A DNA stretch of 63,970 nucleotides, the filler included, from Folioceros fuciformis (lineage: Eukaryota): NCBI GenBank assembly GCA_049999805.1. It is 11 parts of 10 records of this genome, joined end to end, with 100 filler letters (N's around TTAATTAATTAA, not from the genome) between each part and the next. Parts side by side here need not be neighbours in the genome. Positions count along the whole stretch, not along the records: positions 60,889 to 62,734 come from JBNGIO010004230.1; positions 62,835 to 63,970 come from JBNGIO010004273.1; 9 more parts are not named here. One strand, 5' to 3'. Position numbers and translations under genes: made by a program. Below, in pieces: positions 60,889 through 63,970 of this stretch. Every line of letters begins with the position of its first letter. The stretch's first letter is position 1. The notes under the pieces were generated by a model that was not told the DNA's origin, ran no database searches, and saw nothing but the letters and a program-made list of their open reading frames with translations.

Positions 60889-62734
60889 CCGCTGGCGGCT
60901 TCCTCCTGGCCTTCGCACGTCACCCCTCGCTGCTCCTCCTCTCGCTTTTCTGCCCCTCCATTGATCCGGCAGGTCCTCCCAGAGGATCTCCACATCACTG
61001 CTGCTGCTGCTGGGCCTGGCTGGCGGTGCAAGTGGGTCCTGCCGCTGTGGTCCATCACCCCTCCTCCTTCTCTAGTTGCTGAGGACAGCCACAGGCCCCC
61101 ATTCTACCCAGCGCTGGGCCTCCTCTTCCGTCAGTTCCTCCAGAACTGCCTCCGCATAGCAATGGGGTAGTCCTGTCACCCACCATTTGTAGTGGTAGAG
61201 TCCCAGGCGCGTCCTCAACTGCAGGACGTAGCCCCGCGTCCCTCCTGTGCCCATACGTACATACAAAAACAGCTTCAGAACCCTGGCCCCTTCTACATAC
61301 AGTCCTGGCACATAGGAGGCCTCCTCCTCATACTGCAGCACAATCCGACCTTCTGTCATCACAGAGGTGCTTACCCCGTCCTCCTTTGGGCTACCTCGGG
61401 TTGCTTGCTCCCCCTCCTGCTAGGGTACCTGAAGGTTCTCTACCTGCCCAGCTGGTGTCTCCTCCGGTTCTGTTCTCCTGGTACGGGTCACCCTCCTGGA
61501 GCGCCTAGGGGCAGGCGCCCCTACTGCTTCCTCCTTTTCTAGGGTTGGTTCTTCAGCTATCCTGGGCCTTGCAGGGCCACCGGTAGCCCCGTCGGCTACC
61601 CGACTACTGGTAGTCCCGTGGACTATCGGACTACCGGTAGCCCCCTCGACTACCGTTCCCCTGGTTCAGCTACCGGTAGCCCCGTCGGCTACCGGGGTCG
61701 TCGTTTGACTCGGGCGCCCAGCCTTGCTCTTCCCCTTCACTCTCTCTCTGGCCTCATCCCGCTCCCGCTTGTATCTGTCAGCTAACTTCTGAGCCCGCTC
61801 CACAGCNNNNNNNNNNCCGCTGGCGGCTTCCTCCTGGCCTTCGCACGTCACCCCTCGCTGCTCCTCCTCTCGCTTTTCTGCCCCTCCATTGATCCGGCAG
61901 GTCCTCCCAGAGGATCTCCACATCACTGCTGCTGCTGCTGGGCCTGGCTGGCGGTGCAAGTGGGTCCTGCCGCTGTGGTCCATCACCCCTCCTCCTTCTC
62001 TAGTTGCTGAGGACAGCCACAGGCCCCCATTCTACCCAGCGCTGGGCCTCCTCTTCCGTCAGTTCCTCCAGAACTGCCTCCGCATAGCAATGGGGTAGTC
62101 CTGTCACCCACCATTTGTAGTGGTAGAGTCCCAGGCGCGTCCTCAACTGCAGGACGTAGCCCCGCGTCCCTCCTGTGCCCATACGTACATACAAAAACAG
62201 CTTCAGAACCCTGGCCCCTTCTACATACAGTCCTGGCACATAGGAGGCCTCCTCCTCATACTGCAGCACAATCCGACCTTCTGTCATCACAGAGGTGCTT
62301 ACCCCGTCCTCCTTTGGGCTACCTCGGGTTGCTTGCTCCCCCTCCTGCTAGGGTACCTGAAGGTTCTCTACCTGCCCAGCTGGTGTCTCCTCCGGTTCTG
62401 TTCTCCTGGTACGGGTCACCCTCCTGGAGCGCCTAGGGGCAGGCGCCCCTACTGCTTCCTCCTTTTCTAGGGTTGGTTCTTCAGCTATCCTGGGCCTTGC
62501 AGGGCCACCGGTAGCCCCGTCGGCTACCCGACTACTGGTAGTCCCGTGGACTATCGGACTACCGGTAGCCCCCTCGACTACCGTTCCCCTGGTTCAGCTA
62601 CCGGTAGCCCCGTCGGCTACCGGGGTCGTCGTTTGACTCGGGCGCCCAGCCTTGCTCTTCCCCTTCACTCTCTCTCTGGCCTCATCCCGCTCCCGCTTGT
62701 ATCTGTCAGCTAACTTCTGAGCCCGCTCCACAGC
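60889..62734 (-). repeat. 918-bp repeat fragment with minus-strand coding-like content, duplicated exactly
   Basis: 60889-61806 equals 61817-62734; related copy at 40420-40810. Confidence 0.85.
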
Positions 62735-62834
62735 NNNNNNNNNNNNNNNNNNNNNNNNNNNNNNNNNNNNNNNNNNNNTTAATTAATTAANNNNNNNNNN
62801 NNNNNNNNNNNNNNNNNNNNNNNNNNNNNNNNNN

Positions 62835-63970
62835 GGAGGTCTGTGGCGCGTGGAGCGGCGCAGGGGGTCAAGCCCAGGCGCAGGCTTGGCAACCTGAGTT
62901 GGAGGCTGAGGGGGGTCAGCTGGCTCAGCTGCATCGTTGGCCATCCTCAGGTTAGTTGTCCCAATTCCCCCTCTGCGTCCAATACAGGTTGATGCGGGGC
63001 TGCGTCAGGGGCTAAGACAGTGGGATCGGCAGGGGTGTCATCAGGTGGTGTTATAACAGGAGGTGGTGCTGCCTGTGCAGGTTCATCATCATCAGTGGGG
63101 AAGGTGGAGGGTTACCCGATGGAACTACGACTAGGCACCTTATATTAATGTTCGCTTTACTCAGAAAACAGAAGTGTGTAAATTCACATAGCAATAGCCG
63201 TCGGCTTTCTCAAACCCTTAGCCTGCATTAGATGGCATTTTTGGAGGGTGGTGTGATGCCATATATCTAGAGCGAAAGGCAAAAGAAGGGTTTTAGGACA
63301 AAACTGATTTATTTCAGACGCCGTTGACCCTCATAATGGATTTGCCACGAGGAGTCAACAAGGGTGTTTGGGACATGTGAATGGAATAGTCTCAATTNNN
63401 NNNNNNNGGAGGTCTGTGGCGCGTGGAGCGGCGCAGGGGGTCAAGCCCAGGCGCAGGCTTGGCAACCTGAGTTGGAGGCTGAGGGGGGTCAGCTGGCTCA
63501 GCTGCATCGTTGGCCATCCTCAGGTTAGTTGTCCCAATTCCCCCTCTGCGTCCAATACAGGTTGATGCGGGGCTGCGTCAGGGGCTAAGACAGTGGGATC
63601 GGCAGGGGTGTCATCAGGTGGTGTTATAACAGGAGGTGGTGCTGCCTGTGCAGGTTCATCATCATCAGTGGGGAAGGTGGAGGGTTACCCGATGGAACTA
63701 CGACTAGGCACCTTATATTAATGTTCGCTTTACTCAGAAAACAGAAGTGTGTAAATTCACATAGCAATAGCCGTCGGCTTTCTCAAACCCTTAGCCTGCA
63801 TTAGATGGCATTTTTGGAGGGTGGTGTGATGCCATATATCTAGAGCGAAAGGCAAAAGAAGGGTTTTAGGACAAAACTGATTTATTTCAGACGCCGTTGA
63901 CCCTCATAATGGATTTGCCACGAGGAGTCAACAAGGGTGTTTGGGACATGTGAATGGAATAGTCTCAATT
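62835..63970. repeat. 563-bp fragment duplicated exactly across a 10-N gap
   Basis: 62835-63397 equals 63408-63970. Confidence 0.9.

Noticed and set aside
55973-63970. Five perfect tandem duplications (563-918 bp) and their doubled ORFs
   Set aside because: Each is base-identical, spans the whole scaffold and flanks a 10-N gap, consistent with a linked-read assembler artefact.

Overview
This is land-plant nuclear DNA, most likely from a non-seed plant such as a lycophyte or fern (inferred, not proven). It is not one locus: 11 short scaffolds are joined by artificial 100-nt N44-TTAATTAATTAA-N44 linkers, and the last five are each an exact duplicate across a 10-N gap (assembly artefact). There is one intact host gene, a 20-exon importin-5/importin-beta3 (KETCH1/IMB3-like, ~1108 aa, minus strand, 26074-31915). 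Nearly everything else is nested, decayed LTR retrotransposons: a Tnt1/Tork-like Ty1/copia family (5 pieces), a second divergent copia lineage (4 members), a third copia, and Ty3/gypsy fragments. Main finding: two full-length members of the second lineage (1365-8549 + and 16628-23367 -; short LTRs, TSD, PBS, PPT all visible) each carry an intact extra ORF ('ORF0', 174-189 aa) between the PBS and gag. The two ORF0 proteins look homologous: Arg-rich N-terminus, C-terminal heptad helix aligning without gaps, no transmembrane segment. The same lineage shows a Gly/Phe-rich FG-like Gag N-terminal extension in one copy, a shared Gag insertion, a TAG at the same Gag codon in two copies, and a 3' antisense ORF. 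Together these suggest a 'complex' copia lineage with accessory genes. All functional ideas are inference.
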